A stretch of DNA of 64,000 bases, taken from assembly GCA_044347615.1 (NCBI GenBank), contig JBIKUK010000007.1, positions 58,285 to 122,284 of the forward strand, read 5' to 3'. Source of the DNA: Bdellovibrionota bacterium (GTDB taxonomy: Bacteria > Bdellovibrionota > UBA2428). A program made the position numbers and the translations under genes. Shown here piece after piece: positions 1 to 9,355 of this stretch. The notes beneath the pieces are model-generated. The model was not told the origin of the DNA and did no database searches. It saw nothing but the letters and a program-made list of their open reading frames with translations. Numbering within the stretch: position 1 is the first letter of the stretch; each line of letters starts with the position of its first letter.

Positions 1-1
1 A

Positions 2-196
2 GTTAAAAAACATCTTTGGATGTCTTCGGGGTTTGAATTCTTAATAAGTCACGAGCAAAGAAAAAGACTTTTGTTGTTTACAAATTCATTGCAACGTTTG
101 AAGTACAGACAAAAATCGTGGGGTTTTATGTTGATATGGATTTCAAAGAAGAGAGCAAAGATTTTGGAGCAAATTGAGCCCGAAGAGTTTTCATAA
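2..196 (+). CDS. Possible 3' end of a gene entering from the left edge (hypothetical)
   Basis: Frame 2 is open from the window edge to TAA at 194-196 (VKKHLWMSSGFEFL...LEQIEPEEFS*). No motif recognised. Confidence 0.35.
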   Translation, partial: VKKHLWMSSGFEFLISHEQRKRLLLFTNSLQRLKYRQKSWGFMLIWISKKRAKILEQIEPEEFS

Positions 197-300
197 AAGT
201 GTTGAGGTTCTAGTCACATGTTTGCCCACTTAGCGCATTTTTGAGTTAAATTACATGATTCTTAACCGAATCTTAACATTGAAAAAGTCATAATAAATTT

Positions 301-2976
301 ATGAGAAATATTTCGATTCTTTCTTTTTTTGTATCTGTATTTTTTATTTCATGTACAAATTCAGTTTCAACAAGCTCTTCAGACACGACGACTCCGACAT
401 CAGTGGGAACGGTCTCTTCTATAAAATGTACATTTAATCCAAATTTTTTAACAACAGGGGCGGGGATCGTAAGATCTTACCCTAGCGCTGATTCATATGT
501 TGTTAATTATCGATGCGAAAAAGACGGGGCTTTAGTAAGTGAAGCTGAGTGTCGTAATACCTCAGACTCAACATTTAGTGCTTGTGATGCTGAAGGAAGT
601 TTTACGGTTTCTAAATCTCTTTTTACGGGCCAATACAATTTAGGGTTCAGAGGAAAAAACTCTACGGATACAGCTTTTAGTGCTCCTGTTCTCTATAGCT
701 TTGGTATTGATCGCCTTTCTCCTTTTGTTGAAGATAACGTTGTGGTCGTTTCAAAAACTCAGAGTTCATTTACGATTAACTTTGCTGTGACAGAACCGAC
801 TTCACCTGCTCCTTCTTCTGGTAAAAAGACTGTTCAGTGTGCTCTTTCTGATTCTGATGTATTACCTGCTGACCCTACATGGGAAGATTGTAGTTCTCGT
901 CAGTACAGCAAAAGTTCTTTGATTGCAGATAAAGATTACTGGGTATTTTTTAACGTTGTTGATTTTGCCGAAAATACAAATGCTTCAGCAAGTGAGGGAA
1001 TAGCTTCTTATAAGATTCGTACAAATGCAGCTCCTGTGGTTGTGGATCCAGGTACTCCGGGTGTTTGTGCGATTTCAAGCCCTACTGAAAATTCTTATCT
1101 TACTGGGACAACTCTTCGAGTTTCTTATTCTTGTCCAAATACTCTTCTTCAAAACCAGTGCTACTTGTTAAAGCCTGGTCAGTTGAGTGCTTCTTATTTC
1201 AATTGTGATGAAAGTTTTTATCAAACTTCTTTCAGTGTTGATGGTCGATATGAATTTTGTGTGGTGGATGGCCCAAGTGGAACAAATTCTTGTGTGAATT
1301 TTAATAGAGATACTGTTAAGCCAACAGCTCAGCTTCAAAGTTTAACTTCAACTATTACAAGCGTAACAGCAACACTTAAAGCAAGTGATTTTGACAGCGG
1401 AATAGATCGATTCACGTGTGCTCTTGTCAATAATGAAACGGGTAAAGTGTATAATGCTGCTCAAGTGGAAAAAGTTAGTGTAGATGCAGCTTTGAACGAC
1501 AAAACTGTTCCTTGTGGTGACTTGGGAAGTGCTCTTGTGACGGCTTCTTTTGATTCAACTGTTATAACTTCCTTGGGTTCTTATACTTTTTATGCAAAAG
1601 CCTATGATCGAGTAGGTCTTGCTTCGACTATGCTTACTCAAGATATTGTCGTGGGAGCAAACACGGGTCTTTCTTGTCGATTTACAACTCCTCAAAATGG
1701 AGCGTGGGTAGACAGTGCAAATCAATCTTTTAACTACACCTGTGATTACAACTCAACGGGAACAAACGTAGCGTTTGCGTGTTCTGCTGTGAATTTAACT
1801 CGCAATACCTCACAAGCTTTTAATTGTAATACCGTTGCTCCAGTTTGTGTGAGCTCACTTCTAGATCCTTCTGCGGTGTCATGCTCATGGACCGGAAGTT
1901 TTTCTACTCAGTTAGCCTCAAGCTTTTACTCCTCAGGTGATACGATTCAAGTCAATGTTCAAGCTCAAGACAAAACCTCTTCGGGTGTTTTGTTATCAAG
2001 CTCTACAGGACAAGATACCTACAAAATCGATATTTCAAATCCAGTTATTAGTCAGATTGATGTGAATGCTTCTGCAAATGAAGTACTTTTAACTTACATC
2101 GCGTCGGATCCAAATCCTGGAAGTGGATTGAAAACAGATGGCGTTGTTTACAATGTCTATGAAGTTTTGCGCGACGGAAGCGCGAAGGGAGTTGTTCTTG
2201 CTGAATTGACAGACTTTGATGTTCAAGTGAATTCAAATCAATTAAAGTTTGGATCAAGAAATTTTAGTCCAGATAGCGATTATCGCATCGATATCACAGC
2301 GTTTGACAATGTTAACCTTAGTTCCACTCAATCTTCTTTGATTTTCCCAGGCCCGAATCCAAATCCGGCTCCGAGTTGTTCGATTTTACCTGTAGCAGGA
2401 CAGAATTACAGTCAAACAGATACAGTTTCGACTTCAGTTTATTTAAAATGTTCTAATCCATTTACGAACTCTAGTGGAGTTCAATCTCACTCAACAATTC
2501 CTTACTGCAGAGTGACTGCAAAAGGGCTCGATGGTGCGGTGACAGTGGGTTCGTGGCAGCGTTGTAGTGCAACTAATTATTCTAACAACGTTAGTTATCT
2601 TTATACTCTTTACAACTCAATTTACTTAACTGGAAATGTAAAGATTGAAACAAAGGGTTGCGATAGTACTTACACCTATCTTTGTGGAGATGTTTCAAGT
2701 TTTAATTATCAAATTCTTCACGCGGGTGATGGGGCATGGAGTTCCGAAAGTATTGTTTATTTCGGAAGTGATACTCAAACGCAATTCAAGCAAAAAGTAT
2801 GTAATAACCCAGTACCTGCTGCTAACGGACTTCCTTGCGCAGTAGACGTGGATAGCGGTTGGTTTTTAGGAGAATTAAGTGCTGAGGGATATCGCACACA
2901 ATTTAAGGTATCAGAAACTTGTAAAGATGTTGGGTACTCTTATGATCCTCTTCAAGCGAAGTGTGTTTTGAATTAA
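301..2976 (+). CDS. Large Cys/Ser/Thr-rich surface lipoprotein with tandem Ig-like domains and a TSR-like C-terminus
   Basis: Lipobox-like FFISC then a Ser/Thr linker; about 30 Cys; recurring Ig-like signatures (IDRLSP, RDTVKP, IDISNP; DFAEN, DRVGL, DNVNL); tail DGAWSS...CNNPVPAANGLPC. Confidence 0.7.
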   Translation: MRNISILSFFVSVFFISCTNSVSTSSSDTTTPTSVGTVSSIKCTFNPNFLTTGAGIVRSYPSADSYVVNYRCEKDGALVSEAECRNTSDSTFSACDAEGSFTVSKSLFTGQYNLGFRGKNSTDTAFSAPVLYSFGIDRLSPFVEDNVVVVSKTQSSFTINFAVTEPTSPAPSSGKKTVQCALSDSDVLPADPTWEDCSSRQYSKSSLIADKDYWVFFNVVDFAENTNASASEGIASYKIRTNAAPVVVDPGTPGVCAISSPTENSYLTGTTLRVSYSCPNTLLQNQCYLLKPGQLSASYFNCDESFYQTSFSVDGRYEFCVVDGPSGTNSCVNFNRDTVKPTAQLQSLTSTITSVTATLKASDFDSGIDRFTCALVNNETGKVYNAAQVEKVSVDAALNDKTVPCGDLGSALVTASFDSTVITSLGSYTFYAKAYDRVGLASTMLTQDIVVGANTGLSCRFTTPQNGAWVDSANQSFNYTCDYNSTGTNVAFACSAVNLTRNTSQAFNCNTVAPVCVSSLLDPSAVSCSWTGSFSTQLASSFYSSGDTIQVNVQAQDKTSSGVLLSSSTGQDTYKIDISNPVISQIDVNASANEVLLTYIASDPNPGSGLKTDGVVYNVYEVLRDGSAKGVVLAELTDFDVQVNSNQLKFGSRNFSPDSDYRIDITAFDNVNLSSTQSSLIFPGPNPNPAPSCSILPVAGQNYSQTDTVSTSVYLKCSNPFTNSSGVQSHSTIPYCRVTAKGLDGAVTVGSWQRCSATNYSNNVSYLYTLYNSIYLTGNVKIETKGCDSTYTYLCGDVSSFNYQILHAGDGAWSSESIVYFGSDTQTQFKQKVCNNPVPAANGLPCAVDVDSGWFLGELSAEGYRTQFKVSETCKDVGYSYDPLQAKCVLN

Positions 2977-4688
2977 GCAGCTTTGAGTTTAGTGGGTTTA
3001 GCTTCAGGATCGAATCTAAGCTTTGCACCCTGAGCGTAGCTTCGAACTTGATTTCGCCCACCTTCCTTGCAAGCATAAAGAGCATCGTCAGCCATTGTAA
3101 AAATTTCTTTGATATCATTGGTGTCGAGGAGGGTTGCGGAAATTCCAACAGATACGGTTACTTTTAATTCTTTGTCTTGGTATTTCACAGTATTTTGCTC
3201 AACTTTTCTGCGATAATTTTCGATCACAACTGCAGCTTCTTCGGGTGTCGTATTGGGGAGAATCATGCAGTACTCTTCACCGCCATATCGAAACACAATG
3301 TCTTCTTTATCTAAACGTCGACAGCTTGAAAAAACTTTTGCGACAGAAACTAAAACTTCATCTCCTGCTTTGTGACCGTAGGTATCGTTAAAGCTTTTGA
3401 ACTTATCGATGTCACTTACGGCAAGGCACATTGGCTTTCCGCTCTTGATAGATTTCTCAAGTTCATCGTGAAGAACCATTTCAAAATGTCTTGTATTGTA
3501 AAGTCCAGTCATTCGATCAGTTATCGAAGCATTGTAGAGGCGAGTTTTATTTAAATTAACAGCAGCTTGGTCGGATAGGCTGACCAGGAGTGTGAGATCT
3601 TCTTGAGTGAATCTTCCTAAAGGATCGAGAACTTTATTTCCGTTCTCGTCAATTTTTATTTTGTTTGTCATGTTGATAACGCCTTCAACAACTCCTCCGT
3701 AAATAACTGGCACAGAGCATATACAGTATACGACATGTTGTCCGAACTGAGGAATTTTATCACGGTCGTTTTCTCGGATGGCTTTTCGAGTCGCGGCGGA
3801 TTTGCCCGCAATGCCTTCACCTAAATCAATAGGTTTGGTGCTTGTGAGACCATTGTTTATATTGTCTCTTACGTCGCTTGGAATTTCTCCCCACACAACT
3901 TTCAATTCTAATTTTCCAGTTTCTTTGTTCAGGAGCATTAGATTTCCTTTTTGAGCTTTGACGGCATCAACGGCAGTTGAAAGAGAATCGACACAAAGTT
4001 TTTTGAAATCATTAACGCTCGCGATTTGTTGGTTAATGTCGTACAGAGTTTGAATGTTTCTTAAGATTCGTTCGTTTTTTTCGTACTTCAATGTTGAGTC
4101 GATATTTGTTGTGGCAATTGAGGCAAGCTCTTGAAGAAAACTATAATCGTTTTCGGGAATTTGACTCCCATCTTCACATTCTCCTAGAGTGAGGATGCCC
4201 TGCACGCTTCCGTTTCTTATGAGAGGGCACCAAATGTCTGATTTAAGAACCTCTAAGTTCCAGTGTCTCCATGCAGTATCAAAGCGAGGATCCCGTTGCA
4301 TATCTCTTACGCTAAAAACGTTTCCTTGTTGAATGATTTGCCATAGAAGGCCATTGTCTTTGGGGAATTTGTATAAATACAGAGGTTCGTTACGATTTTT
4401 TTTAGGATCGCAGTATTCTTCTTCGAGCCCATGATAGGCTTTGACTTGGTAGTATTCTTTTGAAGGATCAAGATCGTCCAAGAGTAAAACGGTAGAATTA
4501 ACGGATCCATATTTTTCACGAACGACCGACATAAAGGTTTCGAGTAGTGGTTTCATTTGAAGAATATTGCCGAGGCCTTTTCCTGATTGGAGAAGTGCAC
4601 GCATTTCAAAAATAAGAATATCCTGACGTATGGTTTTGTCTTTGTAGTAATTTATATCTTCTGTAGGAGTTTTAATCGTTTTCGACAT
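2973..4688 (-). CDS. GAF-GAF-GGDEF diguanylate cyclase
   Basis: TDRMTGLYN, DIDKFKSFNDTYGHKAGD, RYGGEEY, ADDALYACKEGGRN; two GAF-like segments (CPLIRNGSVQGIL; GEGIAGKSA...CSVPVIYGGVVEGVIN). SD-like GAGGA upstream. Confidence 0.92.
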   Translation of the reverse strand: MSKTIKTPTEDINYYKDKTIRQDILIFEMRALLQSGKGLGNILQMKPLLETFMSVVREKYGSVNSTVLLLDDLDPSKEYYQVKAYHGLEEEYCDPKKNRNEPLYLYKFPKDNGLLWQIIQQGNVFSVRDMQRDPRFDTAWRHWNLEVLKSDIWCPLIRNGSVQGILTLGECEDGSQIPENDYSFLQELASIATTNIDSTLKYEKNERILRNIQTLYDINQQIASVNDFKKLCVDSLSTAVDAVKAQKGNLMLLNKETGKLELKVVWGEIPSDVRDNINNGLTSTKPIDLGEGIAGKSAATRKAIRENDRDKIPQFGQHVVYCICSVPVIYGGVVEGVINMTNKIKIDENGNKVLDPLGRFTQEDLTLLVSLSDQAAVNLNKTRLYNASITDRMTGLYNTRHFEMVLHDELEKSIKSGKPMCLAVSDIDKFKSFNDTYGHKAGDEVLVSVAKVFSSCRRLDKEDIVFRYGGEEYCMILPNTTPEEAAVVIENYRRKVEQNTVKYQDKELKVTVSVGISATLLDTNDIKEIFTMADDALYACKEGGRNQVRSYAQGAKLRFDPEAKPTKLKAA

Positions 4689-4770
4689 TAACGTTCCTCA
4701 AAAATAAATAACGGCAAGATAATGTCGCTGCTTAAAGTTAAATTTTTATTAAGGAATTGGTGATTAAGAC

Positions 4771-5436
4771 CTATGATTTTAAAACAACTTCGCTCACGAG
4801 TTTTCGAATGCCCTCAAAAATATCACTCAAGTTTGCATCGTCATACATGTAAGCGGGAGTTGTAAAAATTTTGTTTTTTTCATCAATGCAACATTCTCTT
4901 GCAGACGTTGTAATGTGTTTGTGTCCGAGTTTTTCGATTGATTGAGCAGCTTCTCCGCTAGCGCCAACAGTTAAATTGAAATTTTTTTGAGAAAAAGCAA
5001 GAGCGACAATAGCAGGAGCGATACACACCGCTCCTATGGGTTTGTTGGTTGCATGAAAAGCGTGGAGTTTTTCTTTGAGTTCAGAAATGACGCTTCCCTG
5101 GATTCCTTTGCTGGCAAAATCGCATAAGTTTTTTGCAGCCCCAAATCCACCCGGAAGAATAATTGCATCAAATTCAGAAGGATTGAGTTCAGAGAGGGCT
5201 TTGATTTTACCTCGTGCAATACGGGCGGCTTCAACAAGCTGATTGCGAGTTTCGTTCATGGGTTGTCCCGTGAGGCAGTTGATCACGTCTTTTTGAGGGG
5301 CATCGGGAGCGTAACATTGAACGTCCACGGGGTGCTGACTTAAAGCCCACAAAACACCCACAGATTCTCGGATTTCGCTTCCGTCTTTAAATCCGCTTCC
5401 GCACAGAACAACTGCAATTCTTTTTCTCATCGCCAT
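4771..5436 (-). CDS. elbB: ElbB / ES1 family glyoxalase (DJ-1/PfpI superfamily)
   Basis: AVVLCGSGFKDGSEIRE, EAARIARG, PGGFGAAKNL, CIAP, TTPAYM. Start moved to ATG 5436 (or 5430) because family similarity begins at MRKRIAVV. Confidence 0.9.
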   Translation of the reverse strand: MAMRKRIAVVLCGSGFKDGSEIRESVGVLWALSQHPVDVQCYAPDAPQKDVINCLTGQPMNETRNQLVEAARIARGKIKALSELNPSEFDAIILPGGFGAAKNLCDFASKGIQGSVISELKEKLHAFHATNKPIGAVCIAPAIVALAFSQKNFNLTVGASGEAAQSIEKLGHKHITTSARECCIDEKNKIFTTPAYMYDDANLSDIFEGIRKLVSEVVLKS

Positions 5437-5457
5437 GAAAAATGTTATACACATCGC

Positions 5458-6063
5458 ATGGTACAAGGCAAAGTGACCCTTCGTGAAATCAGTCGCAAGC
5501 TGGAAATGGAATTTAATCAAAAGGATGAATGGGTTGTAAAAGCTCTTGAAAAGTCAGCTCCCCACCAGGACATCAGTGGTAAAAGCCCTTCTGAATGGGC
5601 AGCGGCTTCGCTTTGTTCAGGCAGGGTACGTATTGAGCGCCTAGACCCTGAATATACGGTTGAGGGGCATTTTGAGGCGCGTGTGCCGGTTTTATGTCCT
5701 CGTTGTACCGAAGAGGGAACGGTGGCTAGGGGGGGCAGTTTTCGCCTCTTTATTCGCCCTCAGGGGGCTCATGAGGTGAATGAAGAGGGGGATGATCCAG
5801 ATTACATTTTTTTAAGTACTCCGTGGCTCGATATGATCGAAATCCTCTCAGAGCAGCTTGTGGCTGCGGAATCTCTAGTCGAGCGACCGGATCAGGATTT
5901 GGCAGGAAATCCTCATCAATGTGAGGATTCGAAGGATGTGGTTAAAACTTCTGTCGAACAAAGTGAGCTAAGTACTGGACAAAATGACTCAAAAGCGCGA
6001 AACTCACCCTTCGCAGTTCTTGGTAAATTAAAAGAACTAAAAGGTTTAAAAAGAGGTAAATGA
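5458..6063 (+). CDS. yceD: YceD/DUF177 family protein
   Basis: CPRC motif, C-terminal NSPFAVLGKLK, directly upstream of rpmF. Confidence 0.8.
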   Translation: MVQGKVTLREISRKLEMEFNQKDEWVVKALEKSAPHQDISGKSPSEWAAASLCSGRVRIERLDPEYTVEGHFEARVPVLCPRCTEEGTVARGGSFRLFIRPQGAHEVNEEGDDPDYIFLSTPWLDMIEILSEQLVAAESLVERPDQDLAGNPHQCEDSKDVVKTSVEQSELSTGQNDSKARNSPFAVLGKLKELKGLKRGK

Positions 6064-6064
6064 A

Positions 6065-6256
6065 ATGGTAGTACCTAAGAAGAAAACGTCTCGCTCAAGA
6101 AGAAATCAGCGTCGTGCACACGACTTTTTAGTTCCTAAGGGCTTTAGTATTTGCAAAGAAACTGGAGAGGTTGTTCCTCCTCACCGTGTAAGCCCAATGG
6201 GTTGGTACAAAGGAAAAAAGATTTTCCAAACTAAAGCTGAACGTAAAGCGAAGTAG
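6065..6256 (+). CDS. rpmF: 50S ribosomal protein L32
   Basis: MVVPKKKTSRSRRNQRRAH...PHRVS..GWYKG. Confidence 0.95.
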   Translation: MVVPKKKTSRSRRNQRRAHDFLVPKGFSICKETGEVVPPHRVSPMGWYKGKKIFQTKAERKAK

Positions 6257-6292
6257 TTTTTTACTTTTCTTGAAATTTAATCTTAAGCTTTT

Positions 6293-7300
6293 ATGAAATA
6301 CGGCTCGAGAATTATCAGCACAGGTTTAGGTAAGCCCAGTCTTAAATACACAAATGACGATCTCTCAAAAATCGTAGAAACAAATGACGAGTGGATTCGC
6401 ACTCGTACGGGAATTAGAGAGCGTCGATTTATTGATTTTGAAAACGGTGAAACAATCACTGATCTTTGTGTGCGAGCAGCTGAGCAAGCACTTGAACGTG
6501 CTCAATTAAAAGCCTCCGATATTGATCTTGTTTTAACTGGCACAATCTCTGCCGAAACTTTTATGCCAAATAATTCTGCTCGAGTGATTGGGCGTTTGGG
6601 AATGAAGGGAATTGCGGGATTTGATCTAAGTGCTGCGTGCGGGGGATTTTTGTTTGCCCTTCATACAGCGAATGCCTTGATTCAAAGCGGCGCCCATAAA
6701 AGAGTGATGATCTTTGGAGCGGATGTTTTATCAGCTGCGCTCAACATGAAAGATCGCACAACATGTGTGCTCTTTGGAGATGGTGCAGGTTGCGCTATTT
6801 TAGAACGAATTGAAAATCCCAACCCACTTAAAGATTCTATGGTTTTGGGATCTAAAATTTATACAGATTTTGATGCGACGGATGCATTGACGATTAATGC
6901 GGGCGGAAGTCGCGCTCCTACTTTTAGACACGACTTACACGAAAAACATTCTCCCTTTGTTCAGATGAGCGGGCAGGATGTTTTTAAACACGCCGTCAAA
7001 GGAATGGTTCGTGCTGCAACAGAACTTCTCACGGAACTTAAAATTCCTACGTCTGAAATTAAATGGTTTGTTCCTCATCAAGCTAATTTGCGAATTATTG
7101 AAATGACTGCAAAGTACTTGGATTTTCCTATGGACCGAGTTTTCGTGAATATAGATCGATGGGCGAATACATCTGCGGGGACTATCGGGATTGCTCTTTC
7201 TGAAATGCAGGAGCAAAACAAGCTTCACAAGGGTGATTTGGTTTTGATTGATGTTTTTGGGGGCGGCTTTAATTATGGAGCGGCTCTGGTTCGTTGGTAG
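6293..7300 (+). CDS. fabH: Beta-ketoacyl-ACP synthase III
   Basis: TNDEWIRTRTGIRERR, AACGGF (Cys), LFGDGAG, PHQAN (His), ANTSA (Asn). Confidence 0.96.
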   Translation: MKYGSRIISTGLGKPSLKYTNDDLSKIVETNDEWIRTRTGIRERRFIDFENGETITDLCVRAAEQALERAQLKASDIDLVLTGTISAETFMPNNSARVIGRLGMKGIAGFDLSAACGGFLFALHTANALIQSGAHKRVMIFGADVLSAALNMKDRTTCVLFGDGAGCAILERIENPNPLKDSMVLGSKIYTDFDATDALTINAGGSRAPTFRHDLHEKHSPFVQMSGQDVFKHAVKGMVRAATELLTELKIPTSEIKWFVPHQANLRIIEMTAKYLDFPMDRVFVNIDRWANTSAGTIGIALSEMQEQNKLHKGDLVLIDVFGGGFNYGAALVRW

Positions 7301-7324
7301 TTTCGCTGCTAATTTATTATAAAT

Positions 7325-8302
7325 ATGAAAGCACAAAGTCTTGTTGTTTTTCCCGGCCAAGGAAGTCAGTTTCCAGGAATGGGGAAAGCTTGGTTTGAGA
7401 ATTTTCCACTTTATAGAGAAGTTATTGAAGAAGCCTCTGATGCTTGTTCTTTGGATTTCAAGAAATTAAGTTTTGATGCGAGTGAAAGTGAGATTCGCGA
7501 TACTGAAATTGCTCAACCTTTGATTCTGACTGTTTCTTGTGGAATGTGGAAAGTTTTGAATTCTGTTTTTGGATTCAAAGAAAAAGTTGAAGCAAAAATT
7601 TATGCGGGACATTCTTTGGGCGAGTACACAGCTCTCGTTTGCTCGGATGTATTGAGTTTAAAAGAGGCTGCTTCTACCGTTATGCTTCGTGGTCGCTTTA
7701 TGAAAGAAGCCTGTCCTATCGGTTTGGGCGGAATGCGCGCTTTGATTCTGAGAGAATCTGTAGGACGAGAAAAGCTTCTTGAACTTTGTGAAGTTGTGAG
7801 CAAGCAATCTAAGTTGATAGCTCTTGCCAATTGGAATACGGATACGCAAGTGGTGTTGTCTGGTTTCAATGAGGGTCTTCAGTATCTCGACACTCTTGTG
7901 GGCAAAGATGAGTGGAAGTGGGTGCGTAGAAGTATTCCTCTTGAAGTGAGTGGGCCTTTTCATTCTCCGCTTATGGAAAAAGCGACTGAAAAGTTAGGTG
8001 TTGTTTTGGAGTCCTTGAAGTTTTCAGCTTCAAGTGCTCAGTATATTCCTAATGTTTCAGGAGAGATTTGTTCTTTGGAAAGCGCTCAAAAAATTCAAAC
8101 TAATTTAAAAGCTCAGGTAGCTGGCGGTGTACAGTGGTACCCGGGGCTTCTTTCTATAAAAGATCAGGTCACTCATCATATTGAAGTGGCTCCCTCGAAG
8201 GTTTTAACGGGAATGGTCGCGCGAGTAGATTCTTTGAAACATTGGAAGAATGTTCATTTTGAGGATCCAACAAAAGTAGAAGAGGTTTTTTCAAAAATTT
8301 AA
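7325..8302 (+). CDS. fabD: Malonyl-CoA:ACP transacylase
   Basis: FPGQGSQ, GHSLGEY, VSGPFHS. Confidence 0.96.
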   Translation: MKAQSLVVFPGQGSQFPGMGKAWFENFPLYREVIEEASDACSLDFKKLSFDASESEIRDTEIAQPLILTVSCGMWKVLNSVFGFKEKVEAKIYAGHSLGEYTALVCSDVLSLKEAASTVMLRGRFMKEACPIGLGGMRALILRESVGREKLLELCEVVSKQSKLIALANWNTDTQVVLSGFNEGLQYLDTLVGKDEWKWVRRSIPLEVSGPFHSPLMEKATEKLGVVLESLKFSASSAQYIPNVSGEICSLESAQKIQTNLKAQVAGGVQWYPGLLSIKDQVTHHIEVAPSKVLTGMVARVDSLKHWKNVHFEDPTKVEEVFSKI

Positions 8303-8303
8303 A

Positions 8304-9056
8304 ATGTTACTACAAGGAAAAAAAATAATTTTAACAGGTGGATCGCGTGGAATTGGAAAGTCTTGTGTGGAGTATTTAGCCGCGCAAGGGGCAAAGGTTG
8401 CGTTCACTCATACGGGAACTGGAAACAGCACAGCTGTGGAAAGTTTTGAAGCAGAACTTAGATCAAAGGGCTGTGATGTAAAAGCTTTTGCTGTGAATCT
8501 TTCCGAAGTGGGTTCCTTTAAGGAAAAAATTTCTCAGATGACAGATTATTTGGGAGGCCTTGATGGTCTTGTGAATAATGCGGGAATTACGAGTGACAAC
8601 TTGATTTTGAGAATGAAAGAAGAAGAGTTTGATAAGACTTTGGATGTGAATCTCAAAGGCTCTTATTTTTTTACAAAAGAATGTTTGCGTTCATTGATGC
8701 GCGCTGAGTCTTCGGCATCGGTTGTGTTTATGAGCTCGGTCGTGGGAGTGATGGGAAATTCAGGACAGTCGGCCTATGCGGCCTCAAAGGCGGGACTTGT
8801 GGGATTGGCGAAATCGTTGGCCAAGGAACTTGCTTCGCGCCAGTTAAGGGTTAATGTAATAGCACCAGGCTTTATTCAGACCGAAATGACTGGAGTATTA
8901 GATGAGTCCGTTAAGAAATCTTACATGGACAACATCCCTCTAGGTCGTTTTGGGGAAGCAGAGGAAGTAGCCCAAGCGGTGACTTTCTTGCTTTCAGATA
9001 TGTCGCGTTACATAACGGGACAGGTCTTGAACATAAATGGTGGCTTGTATATTTAA
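8304..9056 (+). CDS. fabG: 3-oxoacyl-ACP reductase
   Basis: TGGSRGIG, NNAGIT, YAASK, PGFIQTEMT; position in fab cluster. Confidence 0.95.
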   Translation: MLLQGKKIILTGGSRGIGKSCVEYLAAQGAKVAFTHTGTGNSTAVESFEAELRSKGCDVKAFAVNLSEVGSFKEKISQMTDYLGGLDGLVNNAGITSDNLILRMKEEEFDKTLDVNLKGSYFFTKECLRSLMRAESSASVVFMSSVVGVMGNSGQSAYAASKAGLVGLAKSLAKELASRQLRVNVIAPGFIQTEMTGVLDESVKKSYMDNIPLGRFGEAEEVAQAVTFLLSDMSRYITGQVLNINGGLYI

Positions 9057-9090
9057 GGAATTAAGATTTTAAATTAAGGAGTTCGGACTC

Positions 9091-9333
9091 ATGAACGTAG
9101 AAGAAAAAGTAAAATCAATTATTGTTGAACAACTCAATGTAGACGCGGACGCTGTTAAGCCAGAAGCGGCTTTCATTGAAGACTTGGGTGCCGACAGCCT
9201 TGATATCGTCGAATTAGTCATGACTATGGAAGAAGAGTTCGATCTCGAAATTCCAGATGAAGCGGCAGAAAAAATCAAAACTGTTGGCGACGTTGTGACT
9301 TACGTCAAAACCAACAGCAAAGAATCTCACTAA
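9091..9333 (+). CDS. acpP: Acyl carrier protein
   Basis: [14 protein letters not shown]; SD AAGGAG upstream. Confidence 0.98.
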   Translation: MNVEEKVKSIIVEQLNVDADAVKPEAAFIEDLGADSLDIVELVMTMEEEFDLEIPDEAAEKIKTVGDVVTYVKTNSKESH

Positions 9334-9355
9334 TTATTTTTTTGGATTTCAGCCG

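Noticed and set aside
6065-6256. L32 retaining only one Cys (zinc-free form) as a zinc-starvation paralog
   Set aside because: It sits in the canonical yceD-rpmF-fab position, and Cys-poor L32 is common as the sole copy.
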